Source of the DNA: Alphaproteobacteria bacterium
GTDB taxonomy: Bacteria > Pseudomonadota > Alphaproteobacteria > Bin95
Direction of reading: 5' to 3'
DNA: 64,000 nt
Assembly: GCA_963665325.3 (NCBI GenBank)
Contig: CAXXWS020000002.1
Location: 1,056,001-1,120,000, forward strand
Shown here piece by piece: positions 27,777-39,610 of the stretch. The translations under genes were made by a program, and so were the position numbers. Position 1 is the stretch's first letter. The number at the start of each line of letters is the position of its first letter. Under the pieces are notes generated by a model. That model did not search any database, was not told where the DNA came from, and saw nothing but the letters and a program-made list of their open reading frames with translations.

Positions 27777-29399
27777 TTACTGGCGGGAGACTTCCACCTC
27801 CTTGCAGGTGATGAACTCCAGCAGGGCCGGCTGGCCCGCCTCGGTCGCCGCGATGCCGCGGGCGATAGCGGCTTGGATGTCGCCCGGATCGGTGACGCGC
27901 TCGCCATAGGCGCCGAAGGCCCGCGCCATGGCGGCGTAGTCGCCGGAAATATCCGTCGAGCGGAACTTCTCGGTCGAGACCGGCATGACCTTGAGCTCGA
28001 TGGCCATGGAGAAGTTGTTCAGCAGGATGGACAGGATCGGGATACGCTCGCGCACGGCCGTCTCGACATCCATGCCGGTGAAGCCAATGGCGGCATCGCC
28101 CCACACATTGATGCAGAGCTTTTCCGGGCAGGCGAGCTTGGCGCCCATGGCGAGGCCCAGGCCATAGCCGAGCTGCGTCGTCTTGCCCCAACCGATATAG
28201 GAGAGGGGCTCGGTCGCCTTCCAGAAGGGCGAGAGCTGGTCGCGCGGGCTGCCGGCATCGTGGGTGATGACGACGTTCTTCTTGTCCACCGCGCGCTCAA
28301 GTTCGGCCAGCACGCGATAAGGATTGAGGGGGGCTTCGTCGCTCTCGCGTTTGGCCGCCCATTCTGCGAGCCAGCTCTCCATGCCGGCCGCGATCTCGGC
28401 TGCGACACCGGCGGAATCGCGTGCGGGCTCTCCGGCCAGTGCACCCAGCAACGCATCGAGCGTCAGGGCGGCGTCGCCCACAAGGCCGAGCGCCACCGGT
28501 ACGTCCTTGTTCAGGTCCATCGCATCGAGCGTGGCGTGGATGACGGTCTTTCCCTTCGGCATGGAGACGCCGAAATTGGTCTCGGTGAAGCTGCAGCCGA
28601 TACCGAAGATCAGGTCCGACCGGTCGAGGAAGCTGCGCACCGGGCGCGGCATGGCAAGGCCGCCGGAGCCCAAGCTGAGCGGATGGTCTTCCGGGAAAGC
28701 GCTCTTGCCCTCAAGGCTGGTGCAAACGGGAATTGCCAGTTGCTCCGCCAGCGCTTTCAATTGCGGCCAGGCCTTCGCGTAGTGCACGCCCTGTCCGGCG
28801 TAGATGACCGGGCGTTTTGCCGCCTTGAGCATCTCCGCCGCCTTCGCCACGGCCTCCGGGTCGGGGCCGCTGCGGGTAGAGAGCACCGGTTCGTAGACGA
28901 GTTCGCCGGACAGTTCCTCGTTCATGAGGTCGGCGGGGACCTCAACGACGACCGGGCCGCCGCGTCCGTTGCGCAGGCGAGTGAAGGCACGGCGCATGAC
29001 ATTGCCGATCTCTTCCACGGAAGTGATCGGCTCCGTCGATTTCGCGATCGGCTTCATCGCTTGGGTCGAGTTGAAATTCGGGTGGATGTGCGCGATGCGC
29101 TGCGGATAGCCCATCGGTATCACGAGCAGCGGGACCGATTCGCCATATGCCTGGGCGATGCCGCCATAGGCGTTCTCGGAGCCGGGACCGTGTTGCATGG
29201 CGAAGACGCCGAGACTGTCGCCCGAGGTCATGCGCGATATGGCGTCCGCCATATGCAGGCCGACGCGCTCCTGTCGGACGATGATCGGGCGGATATCGAG
29301 ATGCGCGGCATATTCGAGCACATGGTTCACCGGATAGCCGATGATCGTCCCGATACCTTCGCGCTTCAGGATTTCCGAAATCGCTTCGACGGCCTTCAT
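27777..29399 (-). CDS. Thiamine-pyrophosphate-requiring enzyme (acetolactate synthase-like family)
   Basis: RQER, QHGPG, GDAA...NN TPP-binding motif. Confidence 0.88.
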   Translation of the reverse strand: MKAVEAISEILKREGIGTIIGYPVNHVLEYAAHLDIRPIIVRQERVGLHMADAISRMTSGDSLGVFAMQHGPGSENAYGGIAQAYGESVPLLVIPMGYPQRIAHIHPNFNSTQAMKPIAKSTEPITSVEEIGNVMRRAFTRLRNGRGGPVVVEVPADLMNEELSGELVYEPVLSTRSGPDPEAVAKAAEMLKAAKRPVIYAGQGVHYAKAWPQLKALAEQLAIPVCTSLEGKSAFPEDHPLSLGSGGLAMPRPVRSFLDRSDLIFGIGCSFTETNFGVSMPKGKTVIHATLDAMDLNKDVPVALGLVGDAALTLDALLGALAGEPARDSAGVAAEIAAGMESWLAEWAAKRESDEAPLNPYRVLAELERAVDKKNVVITHDAGSPRDQLSPFWKATEPLSYIGWGKTTQLGYGLGLAMGAKLACPEKLCINVWGDAAIGFTGMDVETAVRERIPILSILLNNFSMAIELKVMPVSTEKFRSTDISGDYAAMARAFGAYGERVTDPGDIQAAIARGIAATEAGQPALLEFITCKEVEVSRQ

Positions 29400-29464
29400 G
29401 GGGATGCCACTCCTGTAGGTTCGCCCTAAACTTGCCGGAGCCGGGAGCGAGAGGGAAGAGCCGG

Positions 29465-30346
29465 ATGCAGCATGCGACCTTGAAGACCGTTGGCATACTC
29501 AGCCCCGGCGATATGGGGCATGGCGTGGGACGGGCCTTGCGGGAGTTCAATGGCCTGCGCGTCGTCACTGACCTGTCGGGGCGGAGCGACAGGACGCGTG
29601 GCCTTGCCGAGGCGGCCGGGTTCGAGGATGCGGGTTCGCTCGACGCCGTGGTCGCGGCATCGGACCTCGTGTTGTCGATCATGCCGCCGGCTGCGGCGAA
29701 GGGATTCGCAGCGAGGATTGCGCCTCTGATCGGCTCCGATGGGCCGATCTTCGCAGACATGAATGCCGTGGCGCCCGAAACGGCGCGCCGAATTGCGTCC
29801 CGCTTCCCGGCAGAGCGTTTTGTGGACGGCGGCATTGTCGGACCCTCTCCCAAGGCGCCGCAGCCGACCCGTTTCTATGTGTCCGGGGCTCCGGCTGCCG
29901 CGATGGAGGCGTTGGCCTCGGAAAGGATTGCGGTCCGTCCGCTGGGTCCCGAAATCGGCCGGGCGTCGGCGCAAAAGATGCTCTATTCGGCCCTCAACAA
30001 GGGTTACTGGGCGCTTCAGGCGGCCGTATTGACGGCGGCCGAACGCGCGGGGCTGGCCGAAGAGCTGCGCGCCGAACTCGCCTTCAGCCAGCCGGCCGTG
30101 CTCGCACGCATGGAGGAACGGATCGGAATGCTGCCCTCCGATGCCCACCGCTTCCATCCGGAGATGGCGGAAGTTGCGGCCTTTTTTGAAAGCCTCGGCA
30201 TGACGTCCGGCTTCCACAAGGGCGCCGAAGACCTGTTCCGGCTGCTGGAGCGAACACCGCTGGCCGAGGAAACGCGGGAGACCTGGGACCGCGAGCGTCC
30301 GCTCCGGGAATCCATCCGTATTTTCGCGGAAGCCGTCGAGGAATAA
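29465..30346 (+). CDS. NAD(P)-dependent oxidoreductase (beta-hydroxyacid dehydrogenase-like, DUF1932-type)
   Basis: ILSPGDMGHGVG, DMNAVAP, VDGGIVG, ASAQKM.YS...KG. Confidence 0.8.
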   Translation: MQHATLKTVGILSPGDMGHGVGRALREFNGLRVVTDLSGRSDRTRGLAEAAGFEDAGSLDAVVAASDLVLSIMPPAAAKGFAARIAPLIGSDGPIFADMNAVAPETARRIASRFPAERFVDGGIVGPSPKAPQPTRFYVSGAPAAAMEALASERIAVRPLGPEIGRASAQKMLYSALNKGYWALQAAVLTAAERAGLAEELRAELAFSQPAVLARMEERIGMLPSDAHRFHPEMAEVAAFFESLGMTSGFHKGAEDLFRLLERTPLAEETRETWDRERPLRESIRIFAEAVEE

Positions 30347-30384
30347 GCTGGCAGCGGCAAGAGCACGAACGGGGAGGGCGACGG

Positions 30385-31167
30385 ATGGCGTCGGCAAGGC
30401 GGCTCGAAGGCAAGGTGGCGATGATTACCGGCGGTGCGTCGGGTATAGGGGCCGAGAGCGCGCGCCTGTTTGCGGAGCACGGTGCGGGTGTAGCGGTTGC
30501 GGACATCAACGATAATCTCGGGCCGTTGGTCGTCCGGCAGATTGAGGAGGCCGGCGGCGCGGCCTGCTATGTCCATCTCGACACGGTGGACGAGGACCAG
30601 TGGCGCGAGGCGGTCAAGTCGGTGCTCAACCGCTTCGGGCGGCTCGACATAATGCTGAATGCGGCGGGCGTGTCGGGCCGGATGCCGGACGGTTCGGCGG
30701 CCCCGCGCATCGGCGAGGCGGACCTGGCGAACTGGAACCGGGTCATGGACGTGAACTCGACCGGCGTCTTTCTCGGAACGAAACACGCCATCGAGGCGAT
30801 GCGGGCTAGCGGGGGCGGGTCGATTATCAATATCTCGTCGATCTACGGCATTGTGGGCTCCGTCCACAATGCCGCCTACCACGCCTCCAAGGGCGCGGTC
30901 AGAACCCTCAGCAAGTCGGCCGCTGCCCAATACGCGACCGAGGGCATACGGGTGAACTCGGTTCATCCCGGCTTCGTCGATACTCCGATGACGGAAACCG
31001 TCCACAGCAGCCCGGAGCTGGCGCGCCCGCGGCTCGACCAGACGCCGATGGGACGGTTCGGCCAGCCGGCCGATATCGCCAATGGCTGCCTGTTCCTGGC
31101 AAGCGACGAGTCGGGCTGGATGACCGGTGCGGAACTGGTGATCGACGGCGGCATGACAGCCGTTTGA
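30385..31167 (+). CDS. Short-chain dehydrogenase/reductase
   Basis: TGGASGIG, NAAG, YHASK, NSVHPG. Confidence 0.93.
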   Translation: MASARRLEGKVAMITGGASGIGAESARLFAEHGAGVAVADINDNLGPLVVRQIEEAGGAACYVHLDTVDEDQWREAVKSVLNRFGRLDIMLNAAGVSGRMPDGSAAPRIGEADLANWNRVMDVNSTGVFLGTKHAIEAMRASGGGSIINISSIYGIVGSVHNAAYHASKGAVRTLSKSAAAQYATEGIRVNSVHPGFVDTPMTETVHSSPELARPRLDQTPMGRFGQPADIANGCLFLASDESGWMTGAELVIDGGMTAV

Positions 31168-31177
31168 CTGCAGACCG

Positions 31178-32575
31178 CTACTTGCCGGTCAGAATGCGCT
31201 CAAACAGCTGCTTGACGGTCGGGACGAAACCGTCCGCATAGAACGGGTCCGAGTGGAAGCGGTAAGCGTTGTGGCCGGAGAACATCAACTGTTCCTCGAC
31301 CGACCCGCCGTGGCTAATCTGTTGCAGCGTTTTCTGGATACAGAAGGAGCGGGGGTCGGCCTTGCGCCCGGTCGTGCCCGCCTCGTTCTGCGACCAGTTG
31401 CTGAACTGGCAAGCCGACAGGCAGCCCATGCACTCGATCTGATCCGTAAGGATCTGCCGCCGGCGCTCGGGCGTCACGAACACCAGTGTCGAGTCCGGCG
31501 TGCGCATCCCTTCCGAGAAACCCGCCTCGATCCAGGCTTCGGCGCGCGTCCTGTCGTCAGCCGATACATAGACCGGGCGACCGCGCGGGCCGACCGGGAA
31601 GGCAACATCGTGGCCGCCGACGGGCTCGGTCGAAAAGGCGATCTGGTGCTCGGCGCGCTCGCGCAATTCGTCGAGAAACGTGTTGCGCACCGCCGACGAA
31701 TAGAAGCCGGTCGGGCTGAAGCGATTGAGGAAGACATCGCCTTCCTTGAGTGTCAGCAGCTTGCGCTTCCACTCATCGGAAATCGGGCTTTCCTGGGTAA
31801 GCAGCGGTCGGGTGCCGAACTGGAAAGCGACCGGGGCAATCTCCGGGTCCTCGATCCAGTGCGACCACTCGTCGAGGCACCAGACGCCGCCCGCCATGAT
31901 AATCGGGACATGCGCCAGCCCCACCTCGGTCATCTGCCGGCGTAGCTGGACGACGCGCGGTCGGGGGTCCTCAGGCCGGTTCGGATCCTCGACGTTGGAG
32001 AGGCCGTTATGCCCGCCGGCGCGCCACGGGTCCTCGTAGACGACGCCGCCGAGCAGGTTCGGAAACTTGCGGTAGGCACGTTTCCAGAGGGCGCGAAAGG
32101 CGCGGGCCGACGAAATGATGGGGTAGTAGTGGACGCCGAAGCGGGCCGCCAATTCGGCAAGCCTGTAAGGCATTCCGGCCCCGCACGTAATGCCGTGGAT
32201 CAGGCCCTTGGCGCCCTCCATCACAGAGTTCAGCACACGCTCCGCGCCCGCCATTTCCCAGAGCACATTCATGTGAATGCGACCTTGGCCGCCGGCGCTG
32301 TCATATGCGATGCGCGCCTGTTGAATGGCGCCCCGAACCGCGTGCGCCAGCAACTCCTCGTGCCGCTCGCGCCGGGTCTTGCCGTAGTAGTTCTGGACGA
32401 AGGCGGAGCCGTCTTCGCGGAAGCTGTCGGCGTTGACGCCAGAGAATGTCCCGACGCCGCCGCAGGCAGCCCATGCGCCCGAACTCTCCCCGTTCGAGAT
32501 CGCAATGCCCTTGCCGCCCTCAATGAGCGGAAAGACCTCGCGGCCGGAGAATAAGACCGGGCGCACGACTGCCAT
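31178..32575 (-). CDS. Nitronate monooxygenase/2-nitropropane dioxygenase-family flavoprotein
   Basis: IEGGKG, CGAGMP, AGGHNG, MAGG, QFGTR, CMGCL..C motif. Confidence 0.82.
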   Translation of the reverse strand: MAVVRPVLFSGREVFPLIEGGKGIAISNGESSGAWAACGGVGTFSGVNADSFREDGSAFVQNYYGKTRRERHEELLAHAVRGAIQQARIAYDSAGGQGRIHMNVLWEMAGAERVLNSVMEGAKGLIHGITCGAGMPYRLAELAARFGVHYYPIISSARAFRALWKRAYRKFPNLLGGVVYEDPWRAGGHNGLSNVEDPNRPEDPRPRVVQLRRQMTEVGLAHVPIIMAGGVWCLDEWSHWIEDPEIAPVAFQFGTRPLLTQESPISDEWKRKLLTLKEGDVFLNRFSPTGFYSSAVRNTFLDELRERAEHQIAFSTEPVGGHDVAFPVGPRGRPVYVSADDRTRAEAWIEAGFSEGMRTPDSTLVFVTPERRRQILTDQIECMGCLSACQFSNWSQNEAGTTGRKADPRSFCIQKTLQQISHGGSVEEQLMFSGHNAYRFHSDPFYADGFVPTVKQLFERILTGK

Positions 32576-32580
32576 TGGCG

Positions 32581-34695
32581 TTAGTCCGCCGCCGCCGTCA
32601 GGTCCGCCCCGGTCTCCTGATCGACGGACTTCATGGAGAGGCTCACCTTGCCGCGGTCATCGACGCGCAGCACCTTGACCTTCACCTGGTCGCCCTGCTC
32701 CACGACATCGCCGACGGTCTTGACCCGTTCCGGGGCAAGCTCGCTGATATGGACGAGCCCGTCGCGGCTGCCGAGGAAGTTCACGAACGCTCCGAAATCG
32801 ACGATCTTGACCACCTTGCCGGTATAGATAGTGCCAACTTCCGGCTCGGCAACGATGCCTCTGATCCATTCGATCGCGGCTTCGGAAGCCTTGGGATCGA
32901 CCGAGGACACCTTGATCGTTCCATCGTCGTCGATATCGATTTTGGCGCCGGTGGTTTCCACGATCTCGCGAATAACCTTGCCGCCCGAGCCGATCACTTC
33001 GCGGATCTTGTCGCGAGGGATCGACATGGTGGTCATGCGCGGCGCGAAGTCGCTCACATCGTCGCGTGCCGTGTCGAGCGCTCCGGCCATCTCACCCAGA
33101 ATATGCATCCGTCCCTTCTGCGCCTGCTCCAGCGCGGTCCGCATGATATCTTCGGTAATCGAGGTGATCTTGATATCCATTTGCAGCGAGGTTACGCCGG
33201 CCTCAGTTCCGGCGACCTTGAAGTCCATGTCGCCCAGATGATCCTCGTCCCCGAGGATGTCCGAGAGGACCGCGAACCGGTCGCCCTCCTTGATGAGGCC
33301 CATCGCGATGCCGGCGACCGGGCGCTTCAGGGGCACGCCCGCATCCATCAGCGACAGCGAGGCGCCGCAGACCGACGCCATCGAGGACGACCCGTTCGAC
33401 TCCGTGATCTCCGAGACGACGCGAATGGTGTAGGGGAAGTCTTCCTTCTTCGGCAGCAGCGGCCGGACGGCCCGCCAGGCGAGCTTGCCGTGCCCGATTT
33501 CGCGCCGGCCGGGTGCCCGCAGCATCCGCGCTTCGCCGGTCGAATAGGGCGGAAAGTTGTAATGGAGCATAAAGTGTTCGCGGTAATCGCCATCCAGCGC
33601 ATCGATGATCTGCTCGTCCTGCGACGTGCCGAGCGTGGAAACCACGATCGCCTGGGTCTCGCCGCGGGTGAACAGCGCACTGCCATGCTGGCGCGGCAGG
33701 ATGCCGACCTCGCAATCGATGGGGCGCACCGTTTCCAGGTCGCGGTCGTCGATCCGCTTGCTGGTGTCCAGAATAGCGCCCCGCACGATGTCCCGCTCGA
33801 GGTCCTTGAAGAACGGCGCGGCCAGGGCCGGGTCCGTGCCGGCCTCTTCCAGCTTGGCGAGAACATCCGTCTTGGCGGCGGAAATGGCCGTCTGGCGGGC
33901 CTGCTTCTCGCGAAGCGCGTAAGCATCGTCCATTGGCGTCCGGCCCATTTCATAGACCTTCGCCTTCGCCTCCTCGGCGCCGGGCTCCGGATCGGGCAGA
34001 TCCCACGGATCCTTGGCGCATTCCTCTGCCATGTCGATGATGGCGTCGATGACCGGCGCGAAGCCTCGATGGCCGAACATCACGGCGTCCAGCATCTGCT
34101 GCTCGGGAAGCTCCTGCGCTTCCGACTCGACCATGAGCACGCCCTCGGAGGTGCCCGCGACCACAAGGTCCAGGGTCGAAGACTGCATTTGCTCCGTTGT
34201 GGGGTTGAGGACGAACTCGCCGTCCACAATGCCCACCCGGGCGCCCGCGATGGGGCCGAGGAACGGGATTCCGGAGAGCGTGAGCGCAGCCGATGTGCCG
34301 ACCAGCGCCAGGATATCGGGATCGTTCTCCAGATCGTGGCTCATTACCGTGCAGACGATCTGGGTCTCGTTGCGGAAACCCTTGGCGAATAGTGGCCGGA
34401 TCGGCCGGTCGATCAGCCGCGAGGTCAGCGTTTCCTTCTCGCTCGGCCGCGCCTCGCGCTTGAAGAAACCGCCGGGAATCTTGCCGGCGGCATAGGTCTT
34501 TTCCTGGTAGTTGACGGTCAGCGGGAAGAAATCGAGCCCGACTCTCGGGCTTTTCTCCGCGACCACGGTGCACAGCACCGCCGTTTCCCCGAGGCTTGCC
34601 ATAACGGCAGCGTCGGCCTGGCGCGCGATGCGCCCGGTCTCCAGGACCAGCGGGCGTCCGCCCCAGTCAATTTCCTTGCGGACGATATCGAACAT
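32581..34695 (-). CDS. pnp: Polyribonucleotide nucleotidyltransferase
   Basis: [35 protein letters not shown] and S1 domains. Confidence 0.98.
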   Translation of the reverse strand: MFDIVRKEIDWGGRPLVLETGRIARQADAAVMASLGETAVLCTVVAEKSPRVGLDFFPLTVNYQEKTYAAGKIPGGFFKREARPSEKETLTSRLIDRPIRPLFAKGFRNETQIVCTVMSHDLENDPDILALVGTSAALTLSGIPFLGPIAGARVGIVDGEFVLNPTTEQMQSSTLDLVVAGTSEGVLMVESEAQELPEQQMLDAVMFGHRGFAPVIDAIIDMAEECAKDPWDLPDPEPGAEEAKAKVYEMGRTPMDDAYALREKQARQTAISAAKTDVLAKLEEAGTDPALAAPFFKDLERDIVRGAILDTSKRIDDRDLETVRPIDCEVGILPRQHGSALFTRGETQAIVVSTLGTSQDEQIIDALDGDYREHFMLHYNFPPYSTGEARMLRAPGRREIGHGKLAWRAVRPLLPKKEDFPYTIRVVSEITESNGSSSMASVCGASLSLMDAGVPLKRPVAGIAMGLIKEGDRFAVLSDILGDEDHLGDMDFKVAGTEAGVTSLQMDIKITSITEDIMRTALEQAQKGRMHILGEMAGALDTARDDVSDFAPRMTTMSIPRDKIREVIGSGGKVIREIVETTGAKIDIDDDGTIKVSSVDPKASEAAIEWIRGIVAEPEVGTIYTGKVVKIVDFGAFVNFLGSRDGLVHISELAPERVKTVGDVVEQGDQVKVKVLRVDDRGKVSLSMKSVDQETGADLTAAAD

Positions 34696-34757
34696 ATCGG
34701 ATGCAACCCTTTCCCGGCCGCGACCCGGACGGCGCGGCCTTTTACATGTTTTCTGTC

Positions 34758-34779
34758 GGACGCCGGCCATCCGGCGTCC
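34758..34779 (-). other. 9-bp-stem hairpin between rpsO and pnp (terminator or processing site)
   Basis: GGACGCCGG-ccat-CCGGCGTCC, 6 nt after the rpsO stop. Confidence 0.45.
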
Positions 34780-34785
34780 CAGTCG

Positions 34786-35055
34786 TCAGCGGCGCAGGCC
34801 GAGGCTTTCGATCAGCGTCCGGTAGCGCCCGTTGTCCTTCCCGCGCAGATAGTCGAGCAGGCCGCGGCGCTGGCCGACCATGACCAGCAGGCCGCGGCGT
34901 GAGTGGCGGTCCTTCTTGTGTGTCTGGAGGTGCTCGGTCAGATTACGGATGCGTTCCGTCAGGATCGCCACCTGCACCTCCGGCGATCCCGTGTCGTCTT
35001 CGTTCGTACGAAACTCCTGAATGAGTTCGGTCTTTCGTGCGGCGGTAATCGACAT
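34786..35055 (-). CDS. rpsO: 30S ribosomal protein S15
   Basis: [28 protein letters not shown]. Confidence 0.98.
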   Translation of the reverse strand: MSITAARKTELIQEFRTNEDDTGSPEVQVAILTERIRNLTEHLQTHKKDRHSRRGLLVMVGQRRGLLDYLRGKDNGRYRTLIESLGLRR

Positions 35056-35077
35056 CTGTTGCTCTCGTTCCTTGTAG

Positions 35078-36007
35078 CTATGGATTGACAACCCGCACCG
35101 GCCGAACCGTTCCGGAATCGTACCGAGCCACGGCGACAAGGACCTCGCCCATCCGGGCGCGAATCGTCATACCGTCGTGAAACCCGGCGATCCGTGAAAG
35201 ATCGGCCGCGCTGAACAACCGCAGCGCCTGTCCATTCCTGAGCGCTGCGGCCTCTTGCTCCGAGACGGACAGAGCCGGGATGTCGGCCAGCGACCTGTCC
35301 GTCGGCAGCAAGAATACACTCTCCGGGCCTATATGGGCCAGAGCTTCCAGTTCTTCCAGCGTAATTGCGTCCTCGACGCGAAACGGCCCCACGCCCAGTC
35401 GCCGGAGCGCAGAAACATGTCCGACCGTGCCGAGTGCGGCAGCGAGGTCGCGCGCGATGGCCCGGACATACACGCCCTTGCCGGTTTCCGCCGTGAACTC
35501 CGCGCTGTCGTCATCCAGGCGGCGTTCGAGCCGCAGGTCCATGACTTCGACAGGACGGGGCGGCAGGTAGGGCGCTTCGTCGGCCCGGGCCAGATTGTAG
35601 GCCCGTTTCCCACCTACCTTGACGGCGGAATATTGCGGCGGGGCCTGCATGATTTGCCCGGTAAAGGCGGGCAGGGCGCTCCGGATGGCGTCGTCGTCCG
35701 GCCGTGCGGCGCTGGTCTCCACAACCTTTCCGTCGGCGTCGTCTGTGTCGCGGGCTTCGCCCCAGCGTAGCGTAAAGCGATAGACTTTGCTGCCTTCCAT
35801 GACCCAGGAAACCGTCTTGGTCGCGTGGCCGAGAGCGACCGGCAATACGCCGGTGGCGAGCGGGTCGAGCGCCCCGCCATGCCCGATCTTGGCGCCGCCG
35901 CTCAGCCGCTTGATCCGGTTGCAGACATCGGTAGATGTCATGCCGGCAGGTTTGTCCATGACAATCCAGCCGTTGAGGTCGGTCCGTTTCGGCCGCCTAC
36001 GCGCCAT
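35078..36007 (-). CDS. truB: tRNA pseudouridine(55) synthase
   Basis: [35 protein letters not shown]. Confidence 0.95.
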   Translation of the reverse strand: MARRRPKRTDLNGWIVMDKPAGMTSTDVCNRIKRLSGGAKIGHGGALDPLATGVLPVALGHATKTVSWVMEGSKVYRFTLRWGEARDTDDADGKVVETSAARPDDDAIRSALPAFTGQIMQAPPQYSAVKVGGKRAYNLARADEAPYLPPRPVEVMDLRLERRLDDDSAEFTAETGKGVYVRAIARDLAAALGTVGHVSALRRLGVGPFRVEDAITLEELEALAHIGPESVFLLPTDRSLADIPALSVSEQEAAALRNGQALRLFSAADLSRIAGFHDGMTIRARMGEVLVAVARYDSGTVRPVRVVNP

Positions 36008-36365
36008 GCCGGTTCTGCCGGATAAGTGTTTCGACCCGCTCGGCTTCGTCGAAACTGCGGTCGCGCCGGAACTCGACAATCGGTGTGAACTTCGATTCGA
36101 GCATGCGGCCGAGCTCGCCCCGGATATGGCCCGCCGCGCGGTTCAGCGCAGCGACCGTATCGTCGATATCGTCGCGTCCCAGCATCGAAATAAACGCTGT
36201 CGCCCGTTTCAGGTCGGGCGACATCACGACTTCGGAAACGGTGACCATCTCCATCGCTTGCAGGTCGGGGTCGCGGAAGGCTGCCCGCGCAAGGATTCCG
36301 GCCGTCGCATGGCGGACAGTCTCGCCCATGCGCAGCCGTCGCGGGCCGGTCCGGGCGTGCTTCAT
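35997..36365 (-). CDS. rbfA: Ribosome-binding factor A
   Basis: [24 protein letters not shown]; lies between infB and truB. Confidence 0.93.
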   Translation of the reverse strand: MKHARTGPRRLRMGETVRHATAGILARAAFRDPDLQAMEMVTVSEVVMSPDLKRATAFISMLGRDDIDDTVAALNRAAGHIRGELGRMLESKFTPIVEFRRDRSFDEAERVETLIRQNRHGA

Positions 36366-38989
36366 GGCAGCGTGCGCTGCACTTCCTCGGTTTCGTAGCA
36401 TTCGATGACGTCGCCCACCTGGATGTCCTGGTAGGACTCGAACGACATGCCGCACTCAAAACCTTCGCGCACCTCCCGTTGCTCTTCCTTGAACCGCTTC
36501 AGGGTCGCAAGGCGCCCCTCATGGATGACGATGTTGTCGCGCAGCAACCGCACACCGGCGCCGCGCCGGACTATGCCTTCGATGACCCGGCAACCCGCCA
36601 CCTTGCCGACGCGGGTGATGTTGAAGACTTCCCGGATATCCGCTTGTCCGATCTGGCGTTCGCGCAATTCCGGCGCCAACTTGCCGACCATTGCATCCCG
36701 GATGTCGTCGATCAGTTCGTAAATGATCGAATAGTACCGGATATCGACTCCGTGCTGCTGGGCCGCGAGACGGGCCGGGTTTGCGGCCCGGACATTGAAA
36801 CCGATGATGAAGCCGCCGGAGGCATGCGCGAGGGTGACATCGCTTTCCGAGATACCGCCCACGCCGCTGTGCAGGATTTCCACCTGCACCTCGTCGCTGC
36901 CAAGCTTCGCGAGCGCGCCGACAATGGCTTCCACCGACCCCTGCACATCCGCCTTTACGACCAGCGGCACCTTCTCGGTTTTGCCGGCCGCGAGGCTCTT
37001 GAAGATATCGTCTATCGAGCCCTGCCGGACAGGCGCCGCCTGCGCCGCCCTGTCCCGCCGGGCACGGTATTCGGTGACTTCGCGGGCGCGCCCCTCGCTG
37101 TCCACGACGACAACCTCGTCGCCGGCGACAGGCGGGCCGGACAGGCCAAGCACTTCGACCGGCACCGACGGGCCGGCTGACTTCACTCTTCCGGTCCGGT
37201 CGTCGACCATCGCCCGGACCTTGCCCCATTCGGCACCCGCGACGACGATATCGCCGACCCTGAGCGTGCCGCTCTGGACCAGAATGGTCGCCACGGCGCC
37301 GCGGCCCCGGTCGAGCTGCGCCTCGACGACAATGCCGTTCGCCCCGCGGTTCGGGTTGGCCTGCAACTCCATCAGGTCCGCCTGAAGCAGAACGGCTTCT
37401 TCCAATGTGTCGAGACCGGTCTTTGCCGTCGCCGACACCTCGACCATTTGCACGTCGCCGCCGAATTCTTCTGCGACGAGTTCGTGCTGCAGCAGGTCGT
37501 TCCGGACCCGCTGCGGCTCGGCTTCCGGCCGGTCGACCTTGTTGATCGCGACGATGATCGGGGCGCCTGCCGCCTTGGCATGTGCAATTGCCTCGATTGT
37601 CTGCGGCTGGACGCTATCGTCGGCCGCGACCACCAGAATAACGATGTCGGTTGCGCGGGAGCCGCGCGCACGCATCGCCGAAAAGGCCTCGTGGCCGGGC
37701 GTATCGAGGAAGGTGATGTCGGCGCCCGAAGGTGTCCGCACCCGGTATGCGCCGATGTGCTGCGTGATTCCGCCGGCCTCGCCGCTCACCACATCCGTAT
37801 TCCGGAGCGCATCGAGAAGCGAGGTCTTGCCGTGGTCCACATGGCCCATAACCGTCACGACAGGCGCGCGAGGCCCGAGATCGTCGTCCTGGTCGGGCGG
37901 ACCGGAAAGTCCTTCCTCCACATCGCTCTCTGCGACGCGGGTCACGCGATGCCCGAACTCCTGAACGACGAGTTCCGCAGTATCGGCATCGATCGCCTGC
38001 GATGGTGTTGCCCGGATGCCGTTTTGCATCAGCACGCGAATCACATCGACGGCGCGCGTGGCCATCCGGTTGGCAAGTTCGCTGACCAGGATGGATTCGG
38101 GCACGACGACTTCGCGCTGAATGAACTGCTGCCCCTCCCCCGAGGCCTGACGCTGGCGCTCGCGTTCGCGCGCCCGGCGCACCGACGCAAGGGAGCGCTG
38201 CCTTTCCTGTTCGACTTCTTCATCCAGTGCCTGGACGATGGTGAGCTTGCCGGCGCGCCGTCGCGGCTCGGTGCGGCGTTGCGGCGCGGCGGGCCGCTTC
38301 TCGTTGCGCCGCCGTCCGCCGCGGTCGTCTTCATCCCGTCCACCGGCGCGCCGTCCGCCCGGCAGTTCAACGGGCGGCACCGGGGCTTCGGACGGTCGCG
38401 CCGCCGGCCGGCCGGGCGGGCGGGCGCGACGGGCGGCCGCATCGGCGGGACGGCGGGCCGCCGCGCCGCCGGGCTGCCGGTCGCTCCGCGCCGGTCCGGC
38501 CTGGCGTGCCGCGTCGCGGCGGGCCTCCTCTGCCGCGCGTATCTTCTCTTCGTCCTCCTGGCGCCGCGCGTCGATTTCCTCCTGCTTGCGCTGTTCCTCC
38601 GCATTGGCGGCCTTGAGTTCGGCCAGCTCCCGCGTCCGCTGTTCGGCCTGGAGTTCTTCGGGGTTCAACGGAGGGGAAGGCGGCGGCGCTTCGAGCGCCG
38701 GTTCGGCAGCAACGTCAGGAGCGGGCGGCGGCTTGGGACGAGCCTGTAGCGCCCGCGCCCGCGCTGCCCGCTCTTCGGTACTCAGCCCGCCGGCCGTCTG
38801 CTGGGCGTCCTTGCCGGGCTTGTCGGTGATGATCGTGCGTTTGCGCTTGACCTCCACCGTCACCTGCTTCGACCGGCCGTGGGAAAAGCTCTGGCGAACC
38901 TTTCCGGCGCCCACTCTCTTCTTCAACTCCAGCTTACCCGGGCGGGACAGGCTGAGCTTGCCGCTGTCGCGATCGCCGCTTTCGGTCAT
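36362..38989 (-). CDS. infB: Translation initiation factor IF-2
   Basis: [26 protein letters not shown]. Confidence 0.98.
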   Translation of the reverse strand: MTESGDRDSGKLSLSRPGKLELKKRVGAGKVRQSFSHGRSKQVTVEVKRKRTIITDKPGKDAQQTAGGLSTEERAARARALQARPKPPPAPDVAAEPALEAPPPSPPLNPEELQAEQRTRELAELKAANAEEQRKQEEIDARRQEDEEKIRAAEEARRDAARQAGPARSDRQPGGAAARRPADAAARRARPPGRPAARPSEAPVPPVELPGGRRAGGRDEDDRGGRRRNEKRPAAPQRRTEPRRRAGKLTIVQALDEEVEQERQRSLASVRRARERERQRQASGEGQQFIQREVVVPESILVSELANRMATRAVDVIRVLMQNGIRATPSQAIDADTAELVVQEFGHRVTRVAESDVEEGLSGPPDQDDDLGPRAPVVTVMGHVDHGKTSLLDALRNTDVVSGEAGGITQHIGAYRVRTPSGADITFLDTPGHEAFSAMRARGSRATDIVILVVAADDSVQPQTIEAIAHAKAAGAPIIVAINKVDRPEAEPQRVRNDLLQHELVAEEFGGDVQMVEVSATAKTGLDTLEEAVLLQADLMELQANPNRGANGIVVEAQLDRGRGAVATILVQSGTLRVGDIVVAGAEWGKVRAMVDDRTGRVKSAGPSVPVEVLGLSGPPVAGDEVVVVDSEGRAREVTEYRARRDRAAQAAPVRQGSIDDIFKSLAAGKTEKVPLVVKADVQGSVEAIVGALAKLGSDEVQVEILHSGVGGISESDVTLAHASGGFIIGFNVRAANPARLAAQQHGVDIRYYSIIYELIDDIRDAMVGKLAPELRERQIGQADIREVFNITRVGKVAGCRVIEGIVRRGAGVRLLRDNIVIHEGRLATLKRFKEEQREVREGFECGMSFESYQDIQVGDVIECYETEEVQRTLP

Positions 38990-39594
38990 CCTTGTCTCCC
39001 GTCCGCCATTCCGTTGCGGAAGCCGGCAAGCCGTCCGGCTTCGCGGGCGAACCGCTCCGCCAGCCGACCCGGACCTAGCACCGCATGAACTGTAATGTCA
39101 CGCCCTATTGCCGCGCCCATCTCGGCCGCGGTCAAAACCGATACCACCGGCAGGCCGCGCGCCAGGCCGGCAAGTGCCCGCCTTCCGTTCGCCGCGCCGT
39201 CCAGCGCCTCGACCAGAAGCCCGCCGCGGCCTTCCCGAAGCCATTCGCAGGCACCTTCATAGCCGGCTGCAAGCAGTCCTGAGCGCCGAGCAAGCCCCAA
39301 GAGGCTGCAGCAGCGCTGTACGAGACCGGCCTCGACGTGCGCTTCCAGATCTCCGGGCAAGGAGAATTGGCGCCGCGCGGCGCGCTGGAATGCCCTTCCG
39401 CTGCGTGCGGTCTCCAGACTCTTCGGATCGGCGCCGACCCAATAGCCCCGTCCGGGCAATTTTTCCTCGAAATCAGGCGCGAGTCCGCCATCCGGTCCGA
39501 TGACGAACCGAATTAACTCCCCGCGCGGCCGGCACTGCCGTGTCGCGACGCATCGGCGCATCCCGTCGTCGTCCTTCGTTGCCCTGCTGGCCAC
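38986..39594 (-). CDS. YlxR(DUF448)/L7Ae RNA-binding protein
   Basis: [30 protein letters not shown]; lies between nusA and infB. Confidence 0.88.
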   Translation of the reverse strand: MASRATKDDDGMRRCVATRQCRPRGELIRFVIGPDGGLAPDFEEKLPGRGYWVGADPKSLETARSGRAFQRAARRQFSLPGDLEAHVEAGLVQRCCSLLGLARRSGLLAAGYEGACEWLREGRGGLLVEALDGAANGRRALAGLARGLPVVSVLTAAEMGAAIGRDITVHAVLGPGRLAERFAREAGRLAGFRNGMADGRQG

Positions 39595-39610
39595 GTTCTC
39601 GTCTGTCTCC